Shown one piece after another: positions 13,986 through 24,825 of a stretch of DNA of 64,000 nt. The notes below the pieces were generated by a model. It ran no database searches, was not told the DNA's origin, and worked only from the letters and a program-made list of their open reading frames with translations. Both the position numbers and the translations under genes were made by a program. Origin of the DNA: Eledone cirrhosa (lineage: Eukaryota); contig OZ024743.1 of NCBI GenBank assembly GCA_964016885.1, forward strand, positions 162,874,001-162,938,000, in the 5' to 3' direction. Positions within the stretch are counted from its first letter, which is position 1. The number at the start of each line of letters is the position of its first letter.

Positions 13986-15144
13986 TCAGCCTATCTTGAT
14001 CAAGATGCTTACGTCTTTCCTCTGAGGATTGGCAAAGTCTTGCAGCAACTGTTTGCTCCTGTTTTTTTCTTTGTCTAATCTTCCACTGACCTATTGTCTC
14101 ATTGGCAACTCTGGCATCTTGTCTTTGTCTTGCATCCTTTAAACATTTTTCTCTTTCCTTTTTTTACTCTTGGCTCCTGCGAATTCCATTTTGTTGACCT
14201 AATTGTTCTAACCGTTTTCCCCTTTCCTCTTGTGACTCATTGGCTGTGTGTGCAGCAGCTCTCCTCTGGTCGTTTTCATGTCTTTGCTCTGGCTACCTGT
14301 ATTCATCTTTGTTTCACTGTACCTCTATCCCGTCTCCTCTTGTAGAGAGTGAGAACATTTTATTTGGAATCTTTTTTGAAAATTAAAATGGCGATTAAAG
14401 GAAAGAATGAGTGAAAGTTACATGAATAGCTTCACAAGAGTGATTGAAATAAATGGCGATTGTGGAACGCTGCATGCAAACACGCACTCATGCACCTACA
14501 CACACACACACACACACGTTGATAGTTTTTACTTTCTGTGGAACGCCACAGTCGCGTGCACGCACACATGTTAATAGTTATTGCTTTCCTTCCCCTCTTA
14601 TTTCCACACACATCATACACATGTATCTACACTGACATACACATACAGTATCAAACAAAGCGTATCTCTCTCTCTCCTGCTATCCCCCTCTCTTTGTGCC
14701 ACCTTTCTTTTAACTTCACCTATGGAACATACAGCGTCTCTCCCCCTCTCTTTCAACTTCTCCTATAGAAGCTTGTTCTCTCTCTGTTTCTTTTTTCTCA
14801 TTCTATGTTTCTCTCGCTCACACATATTCTCCCTCACCCTCTAATACTTCCTCTCTTTTAGTCTATGTCTGTTTCTTTCACTCTCTCTTTCTAACTCACT
14901 CAAACACTCACACTATTTACATTTCTCCCTCTATCAAAGGAGGAGAAGTAAAGAGCCATTTCCTCACTTTACCTCTCTGTTTCTTTCTCTCCCCTCTCAC
15001 TCCCTCATTGGCATTGTGCACAGACATACAAATACACACATCTGTTAATATATAGATGTAGATATATGTGTGTGTGTGTGTGTGTGTAATTTTCATGTGA
15101 TTAAACCAACCAAGAAACATCTCTCTTTTATATTATATATAGAT

Positions 15145-15760
15145 AACCTGGAAGCATCAAAAGGTCTTAAAGTTAACTTGTCAAAGACTAAAATCCTAGT
15201 ATGTAGAAAGGAAAATAGGGCCCAGATCCCCATCAGGGAAATTGCCTTGCTCAGTGTGCACGAAAGTAGGTAAAAATTCTATCCTATGTCCCAAATGCAA
15301 GCTATAGGTACATAAAAGATGTACTGGGATCACAGGCAGGCTATCAAAGAATGTAGGTTTTATATGCAGCCGATGCACAGGTGCAGTAAGTAGCAAGTGC
15401 CCACAGGATATTAGCTCCTTCAAATGTCCAGACATCTCTGTAGAAATGGTCGACAATTTCCATTGCCTAGGTGACCAAATCAACAATGGAGGAGGGTGTT
15501 CTGAAAGTACTGTAGCTAGAGTAAGAACAGGATGGAGAAAGTTCAAGGAGCTGCTTCCACTACTAGCTACGAAACTTTATTTCCTTTAAAATGAAGAGCA
15601 GATTGTATGATGCAAGTGTACAAACAGTGATGTATGGTAGTGAGACCTGGGCACTGTGTGTAGAAGACCTGCGAAGATAAGAATAACATGAAGCCAGCAT
15701 GCTTTGATGGAGGTGTAATAGTAATATACATGAACGGCAAAGTGTAAATGAACTGAGAGG
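15145..15760 (+). mobile_element. RTE LINE internal fragment
   Basis: High nucleotide similarity to 12690-13310. Confidence 0.8.
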
Positions 15761-15900
15761 GTTTTTTTAAATCTCAACTAACAGACTAGTTTTATTTAGT
15801 CAAATACTGCCTAAGGAAAGTGAAATATGTTTACATAAATAGTAATTTAATACAAGAGAATACGTTTTTATTAAACTAACATTTCATTTCATATATTTAG

Positions 15901-15912
15901 GAGGTTAATAAA
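15901..15912 (+). CDS. Candidate 12-nt microexon (EVNK) of unidentified upstream gene
   Basis: tttag acceptor, GAGGTTAATAAA, then GTGAGT donor; phase 0-0 fits the next exon. Confidence 0.4.
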
Positions 15913-16521
15913 GTGAGTCTGCCTGGCTGTGCTCTCAACTAGATCTATTAATATTGAAGTAGACATTGATAAATGGCTGAGGATATTTGCATAGGTTGCT
16001 GAATGAAATGGAATCACCAGTGACAATTAAAAGCTGCCATTCACATTAAAGAATGAGTAAACTGTAACAAGAAACTCAACTAATGGATTTGATTCCGTGA
16101 CACACCTTCACTTCATGTCGATATTTTATACGACATAATATCTTTCCAAGAGAAATGAGATCAGGTGGGAGACGGTCAGAAAAATATTATTGAAGTTGAC
16201 CACAAAATGGAACTGGAACTAGTAGACCTTACCAATAACTTACCTTGGTTTAACAGAACAGGCAAGTGTTAACCAAAACCTAGATTTCACTTGAATGACT
16301 TCCAACTTGTGATGTTCGTGCTTATCTCAAGTGAAATAGCCATGACAACAACTAATTAAAGTACACTCACCCAACAGCTTCTACAAGGTTTGTCTCACAA
16401 CCATAGAATGATATAGTGAAAATATGAGTGTTGTAAATATAGGCTTTTAAGGTGGCGTTAATACTTCTGGAAACTGTAATCTCAATAACATCAACACACT
16501 CCAAATATCATTTATTTCCAG

Positions 16522-16596
16522 GTATTTAACAGTGGCAGTCTAGGAATACCAATGTCCTTTCGTACTCCACCATCTCAATGTATATCTACAGAAATG
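16522..16596 (+). CDS. Exon of unidentified gene (VFNSGSLGIPMSFRTPPSQCISTEM)
   Basis: tttccag acceptor, GTTAGT donor, 75 nt open, phase 0-0. Confidence 0.65.
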
Positions 16597-18862
16597 GTTA
16601 GTATTATTTTTATTTGCTTTTATTTATATATATATATGTAACAGGTAAGTGGTATTCTTTGATGCCATGATTGAGTTGCTAACAACATTTATTTTATAAT
16701 AAAAGTATTCACTTTGAACATCGAGTAATAATATTTATGACATGAATTATCCCTACATATTTAGCTGACTAATTTGTACGAGTTAACGCAAATACATGTA
16801 TCACAGAAAACGATATAGTAAAAGTTGTGTTGTATCTCACAGATACAATATGACAGGAAGAATAGAATGAGCGTAGAATGTAAACAATATGAACTTACTA
16901 TGTGTGTGTGTGTATGTGTGCGCCTATTCTTAGAATACATTATTGTTGTAGTAGTAGTGGTCAATCTGTCAGGCAGGCATGTCTGGCTGTGTCTGTGGCC
17001 GAGAAGGTGATAACCAGTAAAGGCCAGGAGAGAGAATGATAGAGTGAAAGGTCTGCTACATCGTTAACCTTAACACGGACTGCTTGCTTCGGTCTCTCTG
17101 GCCTTTAGATTCCTTAACTCCTTGTATTTATATTAGTGTTGTAGTTAGAATGATGTGTATATGAGGTTGATTTATGATCAGCCATGTGGATATCGTCTCC
17201 CAGGAAGCTGGGATCAGTGGTCAAGTGGTATGTACGTTTATCATGGTTGACTTGACAGGACAATGATGGGAACTTTCCATTGATGGGTGGTCCCAGAGGC
17301 GAGAAACCTCAGATTCGGTTTCGAATCTTCGCCGGTAAAATATATATATATATATGTATATATCTGTGTGTGTGTAGGTATCATAATAAAACTTATGATC
17401 ATTTGACTGCCACTTTGTGCATCTAAAAAGTGTTAAAAAATAAAATAATAAAATAATTCAGTTCTTTACATACTTTATTCAAAATACATTGTTTCATTTA
17501 TTAACTTTCATTACATTATTGATATACAAGTCACACTTCATTCCTTGAATATATATATATATCGTTAAATGATGATGGATGTGTGTCTGGTTTAGAATAA
17601 GCACACTGCATCTCTGTGTGTTGTAAGAAGCAACTAAAACGGTTTAGTGTCAAGAAGGACTTTAAAACATTGCCTCAAAAAATTACGTCCATCCCATGCT
17701 TTGCATACAAAAGTCAATGTAAAATCAATGATGATGATGATATACATTGATATGCATATACATTAACATGTATTTTTTTTATTTTTAATTAATGACATTG
17801 CATATTGATACACAATGTCTGAATAAAAACAGGATGATCGACCAACACCAACAATTGTGAGCCAATGCAGAAACCTTTATGTGGTCGCTCAACTCGCTAG
17901 AAATAGCAGCCAAATCCTCATTATTATTAAACTTGCCTGACAGACTCCTTATCTAAACTATAATAAAGTAAGGAGTGCTGGACTGCATACGGTTTATTTC
18001 TTTTAATCTAGTTAGTAAAATAAGTTGGATTACTTTGAATAAATAATGAATGAATATTACATAATTTATCTACTAAATTTCGTAGCTGTTGATTAAATAT
18101 ATTTTATTACTTATTTAAAGATTCACTTCTTTAAAATTTTCAAATGTCAACACTTCCGGTTAGCGATCGCTTATAAACATTCATATATTTCTGTCGCATA
18201 TTTTTTCCTAATGCAGTTTATATATAATATCGTCTTTTTTTAATATATCATGGATTACGTTACTGATTACATAAGAGAGTGTAACGCAGTCTTTGTACAA
18301 TTTCTGTGTATATTGTCAGTTACGATTTTATTTGATGTATCATATCTACATGCATATATACTTGCATATGGTATCAATATGCACACTATACATGCTAGCT
18401 GAAGGGTGGTTTTTCTGCTAGTTGGTATAATTATAGGTGTGGGTTTCTTTTAAATATAAAAAATACTAGACATAACAACCAAAATCTCTCACTCTATCGT
18501 CTTTAAAAAAATTAAGAACATTGAATATTGAATTAGTCTTAGTTTTAGGATGAAATTCAATAAATTTTGAAGCAAACTCCTTGGGTGCAGGTAAGGCAAA
18601 GTTCACCTCAGCAGAATTTGAACTCCAAACATAAAGAACCTGATGCTCTCACAATAATAAATTTTTTTATTGGCCACAAGTACCCAAGACAATGGAGACA
18701 AAACAAGGTCAAAGAAGAATAAGACAGCAGGTTGAAGATTACAAAGGTCAAGGGAAATTCAAGGATTCAAGTGCCTTCACATAGAATGTTGTAAACAAAG
18801 AATTATTAAATTATATTTATTTTATGTATGCCATCATTTTTGACGGGTACTATGCTAATATA

Positions 18863-19298
18863 TATAAATAGATTATAAAATTGGGTAAAGACCCTTATAG
18901 ACAGAAAAAGAAGTTGCCAGCTGCTGCTATGAGGAATTGAACTTATATCTCTCAGACCAACTGTTTTTACAGTTATTTTTCTGTGCTTGCGCATACTACA
19001 TTTTCTATGAACTTCATATTCCCTCAGCTCTTTGTAAGTTTGAAAATTCGAGCTTCACATATGATATTAGTTTACATTTTCAAAGCTGTTAGATTCAGCT
19101 CCCTAATTCAGATGGTGAGGTGTTGTCAGAAGTCCCTTAGCTTAGAGACATGAGGCGTGATTCCTTATAGCAGCCACTGACAATTTCTTTTTCTGTCTTT
19201 AACGGTTTTTACCTAATTTATAAGCTATTTATAGTGACTGACTGTTTTTACAGTTATTTTTCTGACCTGAGTTTACTACATTTTCTATGAACTTCATA
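18863..19298. repeat. Palindromic repeat family, copy 1 (about 75-bp imperfect inverted arms)
   Basis: 18863-18937 is approximately the reverse complement of 19160-19233; ~18957-19019 recurs as a direct repeat at ~19240-19298; related copy at 31.0-31.6 kb. Confidence 0.65.
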
Positions 19299-20069
19299 TA
19301 TATATATATATATATATCTTTTCTAAAAAAATAAATCGTACACAAAACGCCAGCATCAACATGAATGGACCTGTTATTTTTATCTAAAGACATTTTTTCC
19401 AATTCCAAGCCACCCGTCCCTTCAATCTATCTTATTTCTCATTCTTTCATCTGATGAAAGACTAGCATCCAAAACGTTAAGACCCTCTTCCTGCTATTTC
19501 AAGCGTTAACCTAATATATCCCTTCCATATACTGTACCGATTGTGTTGTTATTTCTGTTTACCTTTTACATACATATATATGCATATATATATGTATATT
19601 TAAGACTTCCTTTGGTCATGGTTGATCATAGGTTTGCACTTGGAAAGTTCTTCCTCAAGGCACAAGCCTAGGTAAAGGTGGTTTTAGAAAACCACCAGTT
19701 GTCCATGCAAGCAACTATCCATGCTACTAGTGTTGTACAAGAGAAAGGCAAAAGCTGATACAGCTTGGAACCATTTATGTCGCAGACTAACTGAGAATGT
19801 AAAAGACAAAAAGAGATACCATGAGGCATTACATCCAACTTTTTAGCAATTCTGCCAATTGTATATATATATATATAAAACCGTTATTTTCTCTCAAGAT
19901 AGGTATCACACAACTAAAACCCTCAAAGTTGCTACAAGTTGCTAGGCCCCACAGTTAGATGTTAGCTATATCTAACATTTGTAACAGTGACCACAACATA
20001 TGTTAACCTGCTGAATATCTGATACATGAGATTATCTTCTGAGTTATGGCCCTTTATGTTCTATTTCAG

Positions 20070-20139
20070 GGAAGCAATTATTTCCCTCCAATGCCAAGTA
20101 GAGTTTCCATTAGAACACCTCCATCTCAAGGTCAAATTG
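20070..20139 (+). CDS. Exon of unidentified gene (GSNYFPPMPSRVSIRTPPSQGQI)
   Basis: tttcag acceptor, GTAAGT donor, phase 0-1. Confidence 0.7.
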
Positions 20140-20558
20140 GTAAGTTACTTTTAAATTGTTAAATGAAGCACATATATACACACAAAATGAATGGACTACA
20201 CTGGATTTAATTTCTTTTGTGAGGAATACATTATTCTATTATGCTGTGTGTCGTAAAAGACATCTAATAGTTGGCCCCGGGAAGGGCAACCAGCCATAAA
20301 ACATTATTTCAAAAAGGAATCCTTGATTTGTATGAAGCCTTTCTTGGAGCCTGCATGGCTAATGCCTGCTTAAGCAGAGGAAATGGCTTTAGAATGCTTG
20401 CTTCATATTATTTTATAAGTTGATATCTCTATATAAACTGCTAGGCATTTTGTGCTAATTTAAACTTGTGTGCCTGCTCTTTTGTGTTTGTATTTTGTCT
20501 TTGTAGTTTCATTAGTGTTATGGCACATGATAACAGATATTTTGCCACATTTTTCCAG

Positions 20559-20631
20559 ACAGTCCCCAAACTCCAATAATGAACATGAGTCCATCGTCAG
20601 CTGTGATGGAGATATCAAAAAAGTTTTCAAG
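20559..20631 (+). CDS. Exon of unidentified gene (DSPQTPIMNMSPSSAVMEISKKFS)
   Basis: ttttccag acceptor, GTAATT donor, phase 1-2 and in frame with the previous exon. Confidence 0.7.
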
Positions 20632-21191
20632 GTAATTGAATTCATATACTTATCTTAACTAATGGTATACTACTATTAGCACTCTTGTCATCATCATTTT
20701 ACATCCACTTTTCCTTGCTTGAAAGGGTGTTGTATCACTGAAAATAGATTTAATTGTATTCACTTGTCCTATATATCTAGCTATTATAAATTGCTTTAGG
20801 ACATTTTATATTTTTCAAGGAAAGGTTTGTCTGCCAATTTTCAGAGTTTTTTATGGTGGTGGTGGTGGGGTTTGACTGGAATATTCCCTCTACTCTACAA
20901 TATTCACTATCTATCTTAATATTTCATATTGATCATAAGTTGTTGGCATGGGATATGGGTGTTATCAATTGAATCAGTCTTAGTATAAAACCTCTACTCA
21001 TATTAGAGATTCCAGGAAGATGAAAGATATTTGAATCCAAAATTTATAGGGATGTAACTCAATGCTGCTATCCCACCCCTCTTGGTTTTAAATATTAAAA
21101 TCACTATCTTTTTTTATATTATCTGAAAGAGTTCTAAAATAATCAGTTTAACACTATTCTTAGGCCCCATTTTATTATTTTGTGGATGCAC

Positions 21192-21345
21192 AATGGCTGA
21201 ACGGTTAAGAAGTTTGCTTTGCAATTACAAGGTCATGGGTTTGATCCCAGTGCCTGGAATCTTAAGCAAATGTCATTTACCATAGCCCTGGGTTGACCTG
21301 TGCCTTGTGATTGGGTAAACAGAAACTATTTAGAAGCTCGTCAGA
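21192..21345 (+). mobile_element. tRNA-derived SINE
   Basis: A-box-like tggctgaacggttaag and B-box-like ggtttgatccc followed by a non-tRNA body. Confidence 0.6.
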
Positions 21346-21568
21346 TGGACTACCTTTAATTCAAAGGGCCAGTCTTATCATACACTGCGTCACACAGAAT
21401 GTCACATTATAAGTATATGAATCAATGGAATGGTCAGCCACTTACGTGTTAATTTCATGAGCAGACTGCTCCATTGATTGAACAACTAGAACACTCATTG
21501 TCAAAACTATCAGAAGTCCACTCCATTTATTGTTTTAGTTAATATGGTATTTATTTTATCATTTTTAG

Positions 21569-21590
21569 GCAAATATCTGGGATAAATTAA
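21569..21590 (+). CDS. Candidate terminal coding exon of unidentified gene (RQISGIN*)
   Basis: tttttag acceptor; phase-2 join gives AGG CAA ATA TCT GGG ATA AAT TAA. Confidence 0.45.
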
Positions 21591-21814
21591 TCTAGGAGAA
21601 ACTTAAAACACAAGCATGGAAGAAGAACCTAGAAATGAAGGGTCTAAAAGTAAATTTAACAAAGACGAAAGTTTTAATAAGTAAGAAAGAAGACAGGAAA
21701 GTGGCCTTGTTTGATATGTCAGAAAGAGGTGGGCAGAAAATCCATAAGGTGTACATAATGTAAATTATGGATGCATAAGAGATGTAGTGGGATTGCAGGT
21801 AAGCTAATAGAAAA

Positions 21815-22982
21815 GATAGACTTTATGTGGCAGATGCACAGGGGAAGTAAGCACAAATAACACACATGAAATAGATTTTCTCAACTGCCAGGGGGGCTCC
21901 ATAGGAATTAGTAGTGGGAGAGGATGCAGTGATAGATAGAGCAAGAACAGGCTGGAAGAAGTTTGGAGATTTATTACCACTGCTAACAACAAAATGTTTT
22001 TCTCCTAGAGTGTATGATGCCTGTGTGCGAACTGCAGAAGACCTGCAAAGGCTAGAAAGATATAAGTCAAAAATGCGCCAATGAATCTGTAATGTTAGAG
22101 TGCATGAGTAACTTAGCATAAGCAAACTGAGAGAAAAATTTGGCAGAAGAGGAATTGGTTGTAGTCTACAAGAGAGAAGACTATTGATATGGATATGTGA
22201 GACACATGGAAGATAGCAGCTGCATAAGGAAATACAGAGAAACCCCAGTGGCTGGAGCCCATTGAAGAGGTAGACCCAGAAAGACATGGAATGAGGTTGT
22301 GAAGGTCAACCTTAAAAAACTAAAGACCATGAGGGCTGGCAATATGCAGTGGTGAGAAAGATCAGCCTGGAGCATACAATGTAACCTGACCTTCCCACTA
22401 ACAGTCCCCAAAGTTATTCTCAACCTCACTACTTCAACCCTGCCGTGCATGCCCACCCCATTCCTAGCAGGAGCCTCCAACTCATCTGTGAAGTGGTTGG
22501 TGATTCAGCCATGTACAGCTTGCTAAGCAAACAGTTGGGAGGACCCTTCAGCTGTGTCAGAAACATGACAACCTCCCTAGTGTTTGGTGATCTACACAAC
22601 AAAACACATCCAGTACATGCTGTAAAGTGGTTGGTGATAGAAAGGGCATCCAGCTGTAGAAAGCCTAACAAAGGGCTGGGAGAACTCCTCAGCCATGTCA
22701 AGGACATGACAACTTCCCTAGTGTTGATCTACGCACCCTGTACACGCTGTAAAATGGTTGGTGATAGGAAACACATCCAGCCAAAGAAATTTTGCCAAAC
22801 AAAAGGTTGGGAGGACCCTCAGTTATACACTTGGTGGAGCGTTGGCCGTACATAAGTGAAACACAGAACCCTGAGCTGCCTGGAAGATTAGTGGTTCTGC
22901 TTCAGTACTGACTTGGTCTATGTAGATCTGTCCAACCCTTGCTAGCAAGGAAAGTGGATGTTAAAACAATGATGAAGATGAG
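21815..22982 (+). mobile_element. Degraded RTE LINE 3' part
   Basis: Similarity to other RTE copies (RTGWKKF, GRPRKTW), 3' motif and (GAT)n tail. Confidence 0.7.
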
Positions 22983-23091
22983 AACCATAGGCTTACATCT
23001 TGTCATTAGTAAGTATTAATTCCCTTTTACATTATCTTGATTCTGCCAAGTTACAGATCAATAAACTAGCAGATGGACAGTTTAACAACTA

Positions 23092-23242
23092 CCATATTTC
23101 CCGGCGCCAAAGACGCTTTGTCCTCGAGTACGCACCCTAATTTTGACAACCAAAAATTTGATAAAAAATAATAAACAACCTTGGTAGGTTTTTTAGAATT
23201 ATTTTAGGAAAAAAGTAGTGTCTTCGACGTCGGGAAATACGG
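23092..23242. mobile_element. Tc1/mariner-superfamily (pogo/Tc2-like) MITE
   Basis: TIRs ccatatttcccggcg..aagac / gtctt..cgtcgggaaatacgg, flanked by TA on both sides. Confidence 0.75.
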
Positions 23243-23619
23243 TAATTACATATTGCATGAGCCAACATGTTTTTAATGGAAAGCTAAGAGATGTTCAAGA
23301 GAGATAGTTTAACAACAGTGACTCTCTATGCAGTTGCTTGATCTGCTAGAAATAGGAACCAAATCTCTGTTGAATCACTCCCTACTGTCTTAAAAAAAGA
23401 AAGTCACATGGGAATTTGCTCTTTGCAGCCATGTTTTTCCTGCATCCATCAACTTGCAGTTGAAACATTAACATCACTGGTCTCAACAGGAAAAAACACG
23501 GACAACAATGATGAGTTATCACACACTATTATAATGTATTGATATAAACCCATGCTAGCGTGGAAAATGGACGTTAAACGAAGATGATAATGATGATGAG
23601 GATGATCTAAAGTCTGTCT

Positions 23620-23860
23620 CAAGTCAGAGGCTTGTCAGGCCGGTGCTTATCCAGGTTTCGTGGCATGAAGTTACAGAGTACAAAGACTTTCTCTTGGACA
23701 GGATGCCAGTATATCACAGGGTTAAACCACCAGCTATTGCTGGTACTCATTTTCAGCTGAGTATACTGGAGTAATGTGAAATGAAGTGTTTTGCTCAATA
23801 ACACAATACACAACCCAACCCAGGAATCAAACCCACAACATTATGATAGGCCATGCACCT
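23620..23860 (-). mobile_element. tRNA-derived CORE-type SINE
   Basis: Reverse complement resembles the SINE at 61396 (ttgagcaa..actt.atttcacatt.ctccagt...ctcagctg). Confidence 0.6.
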
Positions 23861-24825
23861 CCACTATGATGCACAACAATACATTATAACACACTACTTT
23901 AATGTATTATGATACACTGTGTGCTATGTTATACTTACTAATTCATTGCAATATGTTATGATGCACCAGTGTTATGACACACTGCTATATCTTATTACTC
24001 ACATTTACAATTTGTTATGACTTACCACTACAATAACTTATGTTTTACTGGCACAATGTGTTATGATATTACAATGTATTTTGACACAGCACCGTAATGT
24101 GACACATTTTGAAAATATAAGATAAGTTACAATCAGAACTACTATCATATAAACGTTGTGTAGTAAACTTTCCCTGTTCTGGTTTTCTTTTTTTCCAGAT
24201 AATAGCTGATCCCTCTGTCAGTAAACCAGAATTATAAGTTCTGTCATTCCATTCCAAAGTCCAAAGAATTTTACATTTCAGGCAGTTTTTTTTTCTTTTT
24301 TTTTTATTAAAATTTGTAATTTTTACAGTTATGTTCCTTTTCTAGAGTTTTTTTTAAGAATCACAAATAAATAAAAAAATTTCCTAACAGCTTCTAGTTT
24401 CTTCATTATTCCATTTGTATCCCAAGAAAAAAATGCATGTTAACAAGAAACATAAAAACTGGATCATTATTTTGGAATTACATAAACTTAAATATCAAAA
24501 CCTCTTATTGGTAAAATTATAATTCTTAGAATTATTAACTTCATCTTCAAAGATGAAACTTTTTTTTTGAAATGTAAACAGACTGGCGGAATTTGAAAAT
24601 GTGAGCATCCCAAATGCAGAAAATAACTGTAATAACTGACTATTTCTATAAATAATAGTTGAAAAAATTGAGTAAAATACCCTTAGAGATGGAAAGACAT
24701 TTCTATTCACTACTTTCCTAAGGGTATTTAACCTAATTTTCCCAACCATTATTTTTAGTAATAGACAGTTATTACAGTCACTTTCTGCATTTGGGACACT
24801 CGTATTAAATTTTTTTTTTAATATA

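Noticed and set aside
18150-18172. ETS-like site cacttccggt as an internal promoter
   Set aside because: Single short motif with no associated exon or other support
20470-20658. ORF-track frame (EHESIVSCDGDIKKVFK) for the 20559-20631 exon
   Set aside because: That frame would create TGA at the junction with the preceding exon; the alternative frame is continuous
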